Source: a virus (taxonomy: Duplodnaviria; Heunggongvirae; Uroviricota; Caudoviricetes). Taken from it: a DNA stretch of 64,000 nucleotides. The first letter of the stretch is position 1; every line of letters starts with the position of its first letter. A program made the position numbers and the translations under genes. Shown piece after piece: positions 33,838-42,356 of the stretch. The notes under the pieces are model-generated. The model made no database searches. It was given only the letters and a program-made list of their open reading frames with translations, and had not been told where the DNA came from. The stretch covers positions 1-64,000 of IMG/VR virus record IMGVR_UViG_3300035184_001394; one strand, given 5' to 3'.

Positions 33838-35118
33838 ATGTCTAAAATTAATATCGCTATTGCCGGCGTCGGTAATTGCTCATCAGCACTTATTCAAGGT
33901 GTAGAATACTATAAAGAAAATCCAGAAGATACCATAGGTCTTATGTTTGAAGACATCGGTGGTTTTTCTGCTAAAAACTTTAATTTTGTTGTTGGATTTG
34001 ATGTCGATGCCCGTAAAGTTGGCCAACGATTAAATAACTCAATCTATGCTAAACCAAATTGTAACATGGAAGTATATCCTCCAAGTCATAATTTGACTTG
34101 TATAGCATCTAAATCGACAGTATACAGATCGCCAACATTTGATGGTATAGCACCTCACATGCACGATTTACATCCTGATATATCCTTCGTAGAAGATACA
34201 GAAACTCTGGCTATCACGGCTAATGAATACATTCAAATTCTTAAAGATAACAAAGTTGATGTATTACTTAACTATATGCCAGTTGGTTCTGAAACAGCAG
34301 CTCGTTGGCACATTGAAAATGCTATTCGCGCAGGTGTCCATATTGTTAACTGTATGCCAACATATATATCTACTAAAGATGCAATGGAACTTGAGAGACT
34401 TGCTATCGAACATGGCGTAACAGTTGTTGGTTCTGACATGCGTTCTGATTACGGCGCGTCACGTTTATCTGAGGTGTTACAAGGTTCAATTATGGATTCT
34501 GGATTGTTGGTTACTCAACACATCCAAGAAAACAAAGCTTGTGGAACTACTCAAGGTGATATGCGCCGTACTGGTCGTACTGCAAATACTGACTTCTTAA
34601 ACATGGCAACTAAAGATCGTTTAAAAAATAAACATATCTCTAAAGAAAATGTTTTAAATGGTCAAGCTGCTGTACGTGGTAAAGATATTGCTGGTCTTAC
34701 AATGTATGCTGGTCCGTCACTTACAGTTTTCCAAAAACCAGGTGATGAATACATTGGTTCAGATAATAAGATTGCTAATATTGATATGGTATTCTGGGGA
34801 TGGGCTGGGGCTCGCTATGAATTGACTGCTCGTTTATCTGTTCAAGATTCTCCTAATAGTGCTGGAATTGTATTTGATGCAGTTCGTTTTTGCAAAGTTG
34901 CTGCTGAGATGGGTATTGTTGGTTACTTACGTGGTCCATCGGCACACTCTCAAAAGACACCACCAACTCAGCTAAAAACTGCTGATTCAAAATTCGAATG
35001 CGAAGCATTAGCTCGTAGGATTTTAACTGATCTTACTCGTCCGCAACTCGCCGAAAATTACCCACAAGTTGAAGATTTGCTTTATACATTCCAAGCTGAT
35101 ACTTCAGATTACGAATAA
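33838..35118 (+). CDS. myo-inositol-1-phosphate synthase (MIPS/Ino1 family, bacterial-actinobacterial type)
   Basis: Collinear with mycobacterial Ino1, recalled from memory. INIAIAGVGNCSSALIQGVEYYK matches VAIVGVGNCASSLVQGVEYYY. KVDVLLNYMPVGSE matches KVDVLVSYLPVGSE. LSVQDSPNSAGIVFDAVRFCKVA matches [23 protein letters not shown]. Confidence 0.85.
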   Translation: MSKINIAIAGVGNCSSALIQGVEYYKENPEDTIGLMFEDIGGFSAKNFNFVVGFDVDARKVGQRLNNSIYAKPNCNMEVYPPSHNLTCIASKSTVYRSPTFDGIAPHMHDLHPDISFVEDTETLAITANEYIQILKDNKVDVLLNYMPVGSETAARWHIENAIRAGVHIVNCMPTYISTKDAMELERLAIEHGVTVVGSDMRSDYGASRLSEVLQGSIMDSGLLVTQHIQENKACGTTQGDMRRTGRTANTDFLNMATKDRLKNKHISKENVLNGQAAVRGKDIAGLTMYAGPSLTVFQKPGDEYIGSDNKIANIDMVFWGWAGARYELTARLSVQDSPNSAGIVFDAVRFCKVAAEMGIVGYLRGPSAHSQKTPPTQLKTADSKFECEALARRILTDLTRPQLAENYPQVEDLLYTFQADTSDYE

Positions 35119-35132
35119 AGGAAAAATATATT

Positions 35133-35510
35133 ATGAATACTTTTGATATTGATGGTGTGATTTATATGGGTAAAGACCATGACGGCGTTTACCCTGGGCC
35201 GAACGACTTGATTATTACTGGTCGTTCTATTGAAGAAAAACCAGAAACTATTAGGATGCTGCAGCAGAAAGGGATTAATAATAAAGTTTATTTTAATCCC
35301 TTACCATTTAAACAAAAGACCAGAGAAAGTTCTGGTCACCATAAAGCAGACATCATTTCAGCTCTTATTACATTAGGTTGTCCTATAGATATCCACTTTG
35401 AAGATGATCCAATACAAGCTGATATAATCAAAAAGGTTACATCAATTCACGTTGTATTATTAAACCACAACTTAACTGAAAAGGAGAATATGCGCCATGG
35501 GGGATACTGA
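35133..35510 (+). CDS. small HAD-superfamily phosphatase (125 aa)
   Basis: N-terminal FDIDGVIY (HAD motif I DxDGV) and C-terminal IHFEDD (motif IV). Confidence 0.5.
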   Translation: MNTFDIDGVIYMGKDHDGVYPGPNDLIITGRSIEEKPETIRMLQQKGINNKVYFNPLPFKQKTRESSGHHKADIISALITLGCPIDIHFEDDPIQADIIKKVTSIHVVLLNHNLTEKENMRHGGY

Positions 35511-36240
35511 AATGTATAAAGGCTATAAAATTAGAACAGGCCCGGGTATTGATCGTGATATGATTCGCGATTCACTAAAACATTATAGCCACTTCTCACT
35601 TGATAAAAAATCAGTAGTGCTTGATCTTGGTTCTAATATTGGTGGATTTACTAGGATGGCAAACGAAAAAGAAGTTAAACAATACATAGCAGTAGAACCA
35701 GATCCAGAAAATATGGAATTAACAACTGTTAATTCCATAGACGGAAGTAATAACTTATATTTGTTGGGTGTAGCCTCTATTTCTGAATCAGAACATTTAA
35801 CGTTTTTTCAATCTAATGCTGTAAGATCAAAATGCTCTGGAACTATTAATAGTAAAAGTCAAACAGCTACTAGAAAGAATGGCACTGCATACGATGTTGT
35901 TAATTATAATGTGTATGAACTGTTGGAAAAATATAAACCTACTCATGTCAAATGTGATATAGAAGGAGCAGAAATTGATTGGTTAGCTGATTGCGAAGGT
36001 ATATTTCCAGACTATATTCAGGAGTTGGCGTTTGAGTTGCATGGTAGAGCTGGTATAGTAGAACTCGAGCGATATTACGATAATATAATTGAACATTTTG
36101 AAATAGTTAGTTTTGTTCCATCTGTTGGGTTTAAAGGCAGTTTTAATAAAAAAGACGCTGTACTGTATGAAAAAGTTGGATATACAACAGAAGGTACTTT
36201 GTGGAGCATAGACTTATTCTTGCGTAGAAGAGTAAAATAA
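35497..36240 (+). CDS. FkbM-family SAM-dependent methyltransferase
   Basis: VVLDLGSNIGGFT is the FkbM motif (D.GAN.G.F). Confidence 0.65.
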   Translation: MGDTEMYKGYKIRTGPGIDRDMIRDSLKHYSHFSLDKKSVVLDLGSNIGGFTRMANEKEVKQYIAVEPDPENMELTTVNSIDGSNNLYLLGVASISESEHLTFFQSNAVRSKCSGTINSKSQTATRKNGTAYDVVNYNVYELLEKYKPTHVKCDIEGAEIDWLADCEGIFPDYIQELAFELHGRAGIVELERYYDNIIEHFEIVSFVPSVGFKGSFNKKDAVLYEKVGYTTEGTLWSIDLFLRRRVK

Positions 36241-37406
36241 TGATTGATGGTACACATAAATCATACGAAGTACCTAAAGGATTTAAATCTGCTGACTCAA
36301 ATTATCCACTGGATAAATATTTTGATTTGTGCGACGTTGAGAAATTTCTTGACTTTAAATATTTTGTATGCGAAGTTAATAAGAGATCGGAATGGCAAAG
36401 GGGTCTTATTACAACATACGATTATAAAGAGTATGCTCTTAATCCAAATACAGAATACTTTCATCCGATGATTACATACGACGATCGTATGGTTTATATC
36501 GCTGAAAATATAGTAGGATTATCAAGCGACACTTTATCTCTACACAATAAGATTGGTAACACAATTATATCTCACTTCTATGGAGCTAGAGGTATTCACC
36601 AGATTGCCACTCGTAATAATGACGTTAAAACTGCTCATGTTGATTTTGAAAACTATTTTACTACTGACGAGCGCTCTCGTATACGAGAAAATTTAAAACT
36701 TTCAAAAATTGCTGGTTTGCCTATATATGGTTCTACTGAATTGCGTACTTCTCTCTGGGGTGCTGCAAACAAATATCAACAAAGCCGTTTTAATGTTACA
36801 ACCGAAGAAGAAAGAAAGCACCCTGGAAATATTATGGATTGGGTAGCTGGTTTATGCGAAGATGGAACTTTTGATCGTTTAATTAGTTGTAATTCTATTA
36901 AAGAAGCATTTAATGAACTCACTTCTAACGCTGGTATTGGAAGTTATTATGGATTCCATTGTGCTACTTCAAATTCAGTAAACCCTGAGTTGAACTGGAC
37001 TAATGATGATAACTTCGTTAAACCTGGACCTGGTGCTCAATATACTTTAAAGTTGATGTTTCCAAACGCAACAAATAAGTTAATTAACAGTGGCGATCTT
37101 GTTATATGGTTTAGACACAATCAAAAGTTCTTTGGTTTTGGCGATATTGAAATCCATGAATCTGCTCATAATATTTTAAATTTTGAAGGCAAAAAGATTC
37201 TTGAAAAAGATCAAACCGAAATGATGACTTATGGTTCTGAGGTTGCTATGTGCCAATATGGTATTTTTTGTAAGTTGCGCGAAGATAAAAAAGCTTGCGA
37301 TAGACGTAAAGTTGCCCGTATAGGAGATAGAAACATTGAAAAAATGCTAAATATGGCTGAGCAAGAACAAATTTCTCAAGCAGCATTTCAACAATTTTTT
37401 ACATGA
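36240..37406 (+). CDS. hypothetical protein (388 aa) within the modification module
   Basis: Translationally coupled to FkbM (ATGA). No motif recognised. Confidence 0.5.
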   Translation: MIDGTHKSYEVPKGFKSADSNYPLDKYFDLCDVEKFLDFKYFVCEVNKRSEWQRGLITTYDYKEYALNPNTEYFHPMITYDDRMVYIAENIVGLSSDTLSLHNKIGNTIISHFYGARGIHQIATRNNDVKTAHVDFENYFTTDERSRIRENLKLSKIAGLPIYGSTELRTSLWGAANKYQQSRFNVTTEEERKHPGNIMDWVAGLCEDGTFDRLISCNSIKEAFNELTSNAGIGSYYGFHCATSNSVNPELNWTNDDNFVKPGPGAQYTLKLMFPNATNKLINSGDLVIWFRHNQKFFGFGDIEIHESAHNILNFEGKKILEKDQTEMMTYGSEVAMCQYGIFCKLREDKKACDRRKVARIGDRNIEKMLNMAEQEQISQAAFQQFFT

Positions 37407-37413
37407 GGTAAAT

Positions 37414-38517
37414 ATGAAAACAATTATAGCAGCACCATTCATCCCTATGTCGTTTCAGATAACGAGTCATAGGGCAGCACAAGGAATTATATATGCTGAT
37501 TTGCTTAAACACTATCACACAGACGATATTTCAGTAAGCTTATCTAGACCAAGCGTACAAGGTCCCGAAGCTAAAGAATCAAACAAAACAGAAGATTTTA
37601 ACGAATATGATAGATTATATATCTATCATGGTAATGATCGTAAAGCAGACGCTGGTGATCTAAACTTTTTTGGTGGAACTCGAAATTTCCCTCATGCTTA
37701 CAATATTAGAAATATTTCTAAATTTAAAGGTGAAGTTTATTCTATTGGATATGATATGCCTGATTATGCTACTATGTTAGAGCACAAGATTACTGGCCAT
37801 GAAAAGCGAGATGGTACACTTGACACAATGGTTCCTGAATTTCTCGAAGTTGATATTGATAATTTAAGAGCAATGCAAGAAAGAGCGATCACAATTATAC
37901 CACAACATCCTAGTTGGAGCGGTTTAGTGATCGGTGATAGTCATGCTATTTGTATGTATCGTGAAGGATATAATGTTAATTCAGTTCCGTTTAAAACTTT
38001 GTATGGAGCCTTAGAATTAGGCTTAAAAAGTTTCATAAATAAAAATGACATTAAGGATATTGAATGTTACTTTGGTAACATTGATATACGTCATCACATT
38101 TGTAGACAGGACGATCATAAACAAGCTATTAGAGATCTTGTTGATCGTTATGTCGACCAAGTCGATTCTTTGGATATGGAAAGTAAAGTGATCTATGAAC
38201 TATTACCTATCGAAAACGAACGCAGAAATCTTCCAAAAAGCGGATGGTATCTTGGTGAGAAATTTCATGGTACGTGGGCTGAGCGTAACGCAGCAAGACT
38301 TTACTTTAAAGAATACTCAATGAAAAGAGTTCAAGGAACGAGTGTTGAATTTCGTGAATGGCTCACTCCATCGTATTATAATGAATTAGGTGAACTTGAT
38401 TTTAAAGCTATGGAGCGACCAAAATCAGTTCATTTATCTCGTGAATACTATCCTCATTGGCAAGGACTTGAATACAATAAAATTAATAAAACAACAATTG
38501 AGGATTTTTTTCAATGA
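37414..38517 (+). CDS. T4 beta-glucosyltransferase-like DNA glycosyltransferase (GT-B)
   Basis: MKTIIA... and NEYDRLYIYHG...DLNFFGGTRNF parallel T4 beta-gt MKIAIINMG... and NDYDRLIVVNSSINFFGGK. Similar length (367 vs 351 aa). Confidence 0.5.
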   Translation: MKTIIAAPFIPMSFQITSHRAAQGIIYADLLKHYHTDDISVSLSRPSVQGPEAKESNKTEDFNEYDRLYIYHGNDRKADAGDLNFFGGTRNFPHAYNIRNISKFKGEVYSIGYDMPDYATMLEHKITGHEKRDGTLDTMVPEFLEVDIDNLRAMQERAITIIPQHPSWSGLVIGDSHAICMYREGYNVNSVPFKTLYGALELGLKSFINKNDIKDIECYFGNIDIRHHICRQDDHKQAIRDLVDRYVDQVDSLDMESKVIYELLPIENERRNLPKSGWYLGEKFHGTWAERNAARLYFKEYSMKRVQGTSVEFREWLTPSYYNELGELDFKAMERPKSVHLSREYYPHWQGLEYNKINKTTIEDFFQ

Positions 38518-39740
38518 AGCACGCAACGATCATACCACTTATAGGAGGCGAAGCACTAGCATCTACTGAAGTATTTGGAACTAAACCAGAATACATTTTG
38601 TCTTATAAAGGATTTGAAAACAATGAAAAACACTTACTAAACTATTGGAATAACGAAGTACCCTATCATGTACTTGACGATGAGAACAGTATTGCTCCTA
38701 AAAATATTAATGAGAAAGTTGATGTTATATCGAGTGTCTGTCCTTGTGCTGGATTAAGTCAATATCATTCTAAACACGGAGCTGAAAATCAAAATAACCA
38801 ATGGATGGAGAAAACAGCCAAGCATATTCTAGAAACCGTACAACCGAGTGTATTTTGGGGAGAAAATGCTCCTGCTCTTGTTGGTAAGATCGGTGAGTTT
38901 ATGTTAACTAAACTACGTAAAATTGGCCTCGATAATGGATACTCTATGGGTCTATATCTTACTAAGAATATTAAACATGGTATTCCACAATTTCGTAAAC
39001 GCACTTTCTATTTCTTCTGGAAGAAAAGCGAGTTTGGTGATACTGCACCAATGCTTAAATTTATTAACAAAGAACACACAAAAATTGAAGATGTAATTAT
39101 GAGCGCTACTGGTAGTACACAGTTAGAACCAATTAATTCTAAAATTCCAAGCAAAGACGATCCTTACTATAGATATCTTCTTGAAGTAATTCATGGTGGT
39201 ATTACGCATAGAGAATATTTTGAGTTATTAAAAACTAAAAATGTTCGAGGCAACGATGTAGAATCTATTATTATAAATTCAGGTCACGATTATATGATGG
39301 TTGGTGAATGGATGGAAAAAAATGGATACGACAGAGAAGTTCCAAAATGTGAACGAAAATATCATAAGCTAAAAGATGGTGGCAATATAATGCGACGTGG
39401 CACTATTATTCCTAAAGATTATATTGGAGCTTTTGTTGGTCATTATCCGACAGTTCTTACTCATCCATATGAAGATCGTTATATTAATTATCGCGAAGCA
39501 ATGACTATTATGGGATTACCACAAGATTACGAATTGTTAGACCCTAAAAAATCTGCTAATCATATTTGTCAGAATGTTCCATTACAAACTGCTAAAGATA
39601 TGGTGTTAGAAATTAAAGCTGTTTTCGAAGGAAAGCGCCAATTTTCTGATACTGATTTTTTATTACAATCTAACATAAACGAAACATCCAGAACTTTGAA
39701 TATACCAGATAAAGAGCAAAGTTTAGAATCATTTTTCTGA
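38514..39740 (+). CDS. C5-cytosine methyltransferase-like protein
   Basis: Motif I IIPLIGGEA, motif IV SSVCPCAGLS (Pro-Cys), motif VI FWGENAPAL (ENV), motif VIII QFRKR, motif X REAMTIMGLPQDY. Last gene of the module. Confidence 0.65.
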   Translation: MKHATIIPLIGGEALASTEVFGTKPEYILSYKGFENNEKHLLNYWNNEVPYHVLDDENSIAPKNINEKVDVISSVCPCAGLSQYHSKHGAENQNNQWMEKTAKHILETVQPSVFWGENAPALVGKIGEFMLTKLRKIGLDNGYSMGLYLTKNIKHGIPQFRKRTFYFFWKKSEFGDTAPMLKFINKEHTKIEDVIMSATGSTQLEPINSKIPSKDDPYYRYLLEVIHGGITHREYFELLKTKNVRGNDVESIIINSGHDYMMVGEWMEKNGYDREVPKCERKYHKLKDGGNIMRRGTIIPKDYIGAFVGHYPTVLTHPYEDRYINYREAMTIMGLPQDYELLDPKKSANHICQNVPLQTAKDMVLEIKAVFEGKRQFSDTDFLLQSNINETSRTLNIPDKEQSLESFF

Positions 39741-39748
39741 AATGATTG

Positions 39749-39777
39749 TTGACATTTAAACACAAACATGTTATAAT
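39749..39777 (+). promoter_or_regulatory. early promoter (plus) upstream of dexA
   Basis: GTTGACATTT, 17 nt, TATAAT. Confidence 0.5.
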
Positions 39778-39805
39778 ATGGAACATTAGTTAATTGGGGT
39801 AGTAA

Positions 39806-40438
39806 ATGAAAAAAGAATTATTAATAGATTTCGAAACATTAGGAATAAATCCTGAAAATTGCGTAGTACTCGACTGCTCGATTATTATCTTCGACAGAGA
39901 GAGATTCACATCTGATAAACCGTACACAGTAGCGGATATTACTGAAACTAAAACATTTAAAATATCTGTTACTGATCAGGTTAACAATTACAATTATGCT
40001 GTTGAAAACAGTGTTATTGAATTTTGGTCTAAACAAGATAAAGAAGTGCGAGCAAAAATTAAGCCGCTACCAACTGATCTTACTGTTAAGGAATTTACTG
40101 ATCAGTTTCTCAACTTAGTTTCTCAGCACAAAATTAGTTATTGGTGGTCTCGTGGAAACACGTTTGATCCACCTATTCTAACTAGAATTTTTGATGATCA
40201 AGGTAAGAAAAATGAATTAAATAAGAATTTAAAATATTGGGCAGTAAGAGATATGCGCACGTTTATTGACGCAAAACTCGATTTCCCGAAAGAAAATGGT
40301 TTTTCTCCTTTTGAAGATGAAGTAAAATGGGGGAAAATATTTAAAAAGCATGATAGCTCTTGGGATGTTTTAGCTGATGTTTTAAGATTACAAGCGATCG
40401 CGAGAGCCGAAGATGATTTGGAACAAGTGAAATTATGA
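39806..40438 (+). CDS. dexA: DexA exonuclease A (DEDD 3'-5' exonuclease)
   Basis: LLIDFETLG (Exo I), WSRGNTFDPPIL matches T4 CRGMSFDFPIL, and WAVRDMRTFIDA. Confidence 0.8.
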   Translation: MKKELLIDFETLGINPENCVVLDCSIIIFDRERFTSDKPYTVADITETKTFKISVTDQVNNYNYAVENSVIEFWSKQDKEVRAKIKPLPTDLTVKEFTDQFLNLVSQHKISYWWSRGNTFDPPILTRIFDDQGKKNELNKNLKYWAVRDMRTFIDAKLDFPKENGFSPFEDEVKWGKIFKKHDSSWDVLADVLRLQAIARAEDDLEQVKL

Positions 40439-41286
40439 AGATAGAAGCGACAATTGAACAATTAAGAGGAGCATCACTTTTTATTGGCGCACCAATGTAT
40501 GGAGGTAATTGCTCTGGTTTATTCACTAAATCTTGTACTGACTTATCTTCAATATGCGCGCTTAACGGAATTAAATTACAATACTATTTCTTATTCAACG
40601 AAAGTTTAGTTCAAAGAGCGCGAAATTACGTTACTGACGAATTTATGCGTTCTGGTTGTACTCATCTAATGTTTATAGACTCAGACATTGGTTTCGATGC
40701 TAGAGATGTTCTACACTTATTAAGCCTTCAGATATTAGATCCCAAGTATGATGTAATAACTGGACCTTATCCTAAGAAAACAATAGCTTGGGAAAAAGTT
40801 AGTAAAGCAGCTAAACTCGGCCATGGCGCAGAAAACCCCTTTGAATTAGAGAAATTTACAGCTGATTTCGTATTCAACCCAGAAGACAATAAAAATAGTT
40901 TTAATCTCGGTGAACCAATTAAAGTTAAAGAAGCAGGAACTGGTTTCATGTTAATTCCTCGCGTAACTCTTGAAAAATATCAAGAAGCTTATCCTGAAAT
41001 GAATTACAAACCAGACCACTTGCGATCTGAATCTTTTGACGGAGCTCGTAATATTACAGCATTTTTTGATTGTATTATAGACCCTAAGACGAAACGTTAT
41101 TTGTCTGAAGATTATTTCTTTTGTCATAAGACTCGTGAAGCTGGGATGAGTGTTTGGATGTGCCCTTGGATGCAAATCAACCATGTTGGTTCTTATATAT
41201 TTAGAGGCAATATGGCTGCGATTACTCAGTTGGGTGTTACTGCAACAGCAGACAATTCTGGTCAAAAGAAGAATTATAAAAAATAA
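40435..41286 (+). CDS. putative GT-A-type glycosyltransferase (DxD-like LMFIDSDIGF)
   Basis: A hydrophobic stretch followed by DSD, typical of GT-A DXD. Otherwise unknown. Confidence 0.35.
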   Translation: MKIEATIEQLRGASLFIGAPMYGGNCSGLFTKSCTDLSSICALNGIKLQYYFLFNESLVQRARNYVTDEFMRSGCTHLMFIDSDIGFDARDVLHLLSLQILDPKYDVITGPYPKKTIAWEKVSKAAKLGHGAENPFELEKFTADFVFNPEDNKNSFNLGEPIKVKEAGTGFMLIPRVTLEKYQEAYPEMNYKPDHLRSESFDGARNITAFFDCIIDPKTKRYLSEDYFFCHKTREAGMSVWMCPWMQINHVGSYIFRGNMAAITQLGVTATADNSGQKKNYKK

Positions 41287-41302
41287 TTCATAAATAAAAA
41301 CG

Positions 41303-41331
41303 TTGACATGTACATAAATGTGTTATATAAT
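41303..41331 (+). promoter_or_regulatory. early promoter (plus) upstream of gene 45
   Basis: TTGACA, 17 nt, TATAAT, AGGAA. Confidence 0.5.
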
Positions 41332-41364
41332 ATCTAACTAATAAACAAATAGGAATACAATATC

Positions 41365-42027
41365 ATGAAATTTTCTGAAAGAACTATCACGATCCTTAAA
41401 AGTTTTTCTTCTATTAATAAGTCAATATTAATGCAAGAAGGTCAAACTATTAAAACGATTACTCCTGAAAAGACACTTATCGCAAGTGCCAATATTCCTG
41501 AGACAATTCCATCTCAAGCTTGCATATACGACTTATCAAGATTCTTGTCAATCTTGAGTTTGTATAGCGATCCGGATGTTAAGTTTAATGATACTCACTT
41601 TATTATATCGGAAGGTAAGCGCAGAACAAAATATATATATGCTGATGTTTCGATGATTCACACGCCACCAGCTAAAGAAATCAAGATTCCAACACAAGAC
41701 GTCGTTGTTGATGTTAAATGGGACGATCTTCAATCTGTTCTTAAGGCAGCTGGTGTTTTGCAGTTCTCTGAAGTTGCATTTGTCGGAGATGGCGACAAAT
41801 GTTATCTTAAAGCAATTGATAGTTCAACCGAAGGTGCAGACGATTATGGAGTTGAAATCGGCGAGACTGGCGACACGTTTAAGATTATAGTTAAAACAGA
41901 TAACCTTAAATTATTACCGCAAGATTACAGCGTTACTATTTGTGCTAAGGGTATATCTGAATTTAAAGGTAATGAAGTTACGTATTTCGTTGCTATTGAT
42001 TCTAAGTCAACTTACATTAAAGGATAA
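41365..42027 (+). CDS. 45: gp45 sliding clamp
   Basis: MKFSERTITILKSFSSINKSILMQEGQ matches T4 MKLSKDTTALLKNFATINSGIMLKSGQ. Similar length (220 vs 228 aa). Confidence 0.85.
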   Translation: MKFSERTITILKSFSSINKSILMQEGQTIKTITPEKTLIASANIPETIPSQACIYDLSRFLSILSLYSDPDVKFNDTHFIISEGKRRTKYIYADVSMIHTPPAKEIKIPTQDVVVDVKWDDLQSVLKAAGVLQFSEVAFVGDGDKCYLKAIDSSTEGADDYGVEIGETGDTFKIIVKTDNLKLLPQDYSVTICAKGISEFKGNEVTYFVAIDSKSTYIKG

Positions 42028-42035
42028 AAACTATT

Positions 42036-42278
42036 ATGGATGAACAACATCAAGAGCCGGTATCTGTATCTTTGGCTGATATCGCATCGTTAGTACAAAT
42101 CATCGACATAGTATCACTTCGTGGTGGAATTCAAGGCAACGAAATGGCCAATGTTGGTATGCTTCGCAACAAATTAGAGTTATTCTTAAAACAAAATGAC
42201 GTTAAAACTCAAGAAGATGCACAGCGCGAAGCTAAAGTTGATACTATCGGTCCAATGCGTTCTAAGCTAGTTAGTTAA
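42036..42278 (+). CDS. hypothetical protein (80 aa) between 45 and 44
   Basis: Complete ORF. Followed by T-rich sequence. Confidence 0.45.
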   Translation: MDEQHQEPVSVSLADIASLVQIIDIVSLRGGIQGNEMANVGMLRNKLELFLKQNDVKTQEDAQREAKVDTIGPMRSKLVS

Positions 42279-42356
42279 TTAATATGATATAACTATATTT
42301 GACTGGGGAGTCATTCTCCCCTTTATTTTTTATTTTACTATGATGGGTACATTATT

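Noticed and set aside
37414-38517. GDSL/SGNH hydrolase call for the 367-aa ORF because of LVIGDSHA
   Set aside because: The motif aligns to the GGSFRSG region of T4 beta-glucosyltransferase, and the N-terminus (MKxxIxxxG, YDRL, NFFGG) parallels beta-gt. A GT-B glycosyltransferase is the better explanation.
40435-41286. 2OG-Fe(II) oxygenase (TET/JBP-like) interpretation from THLMFIDSD
   Set aside because: Spacing is H-x4-D, not the HxD...H facial triad. The context fits a GT-A DxD motif instead.
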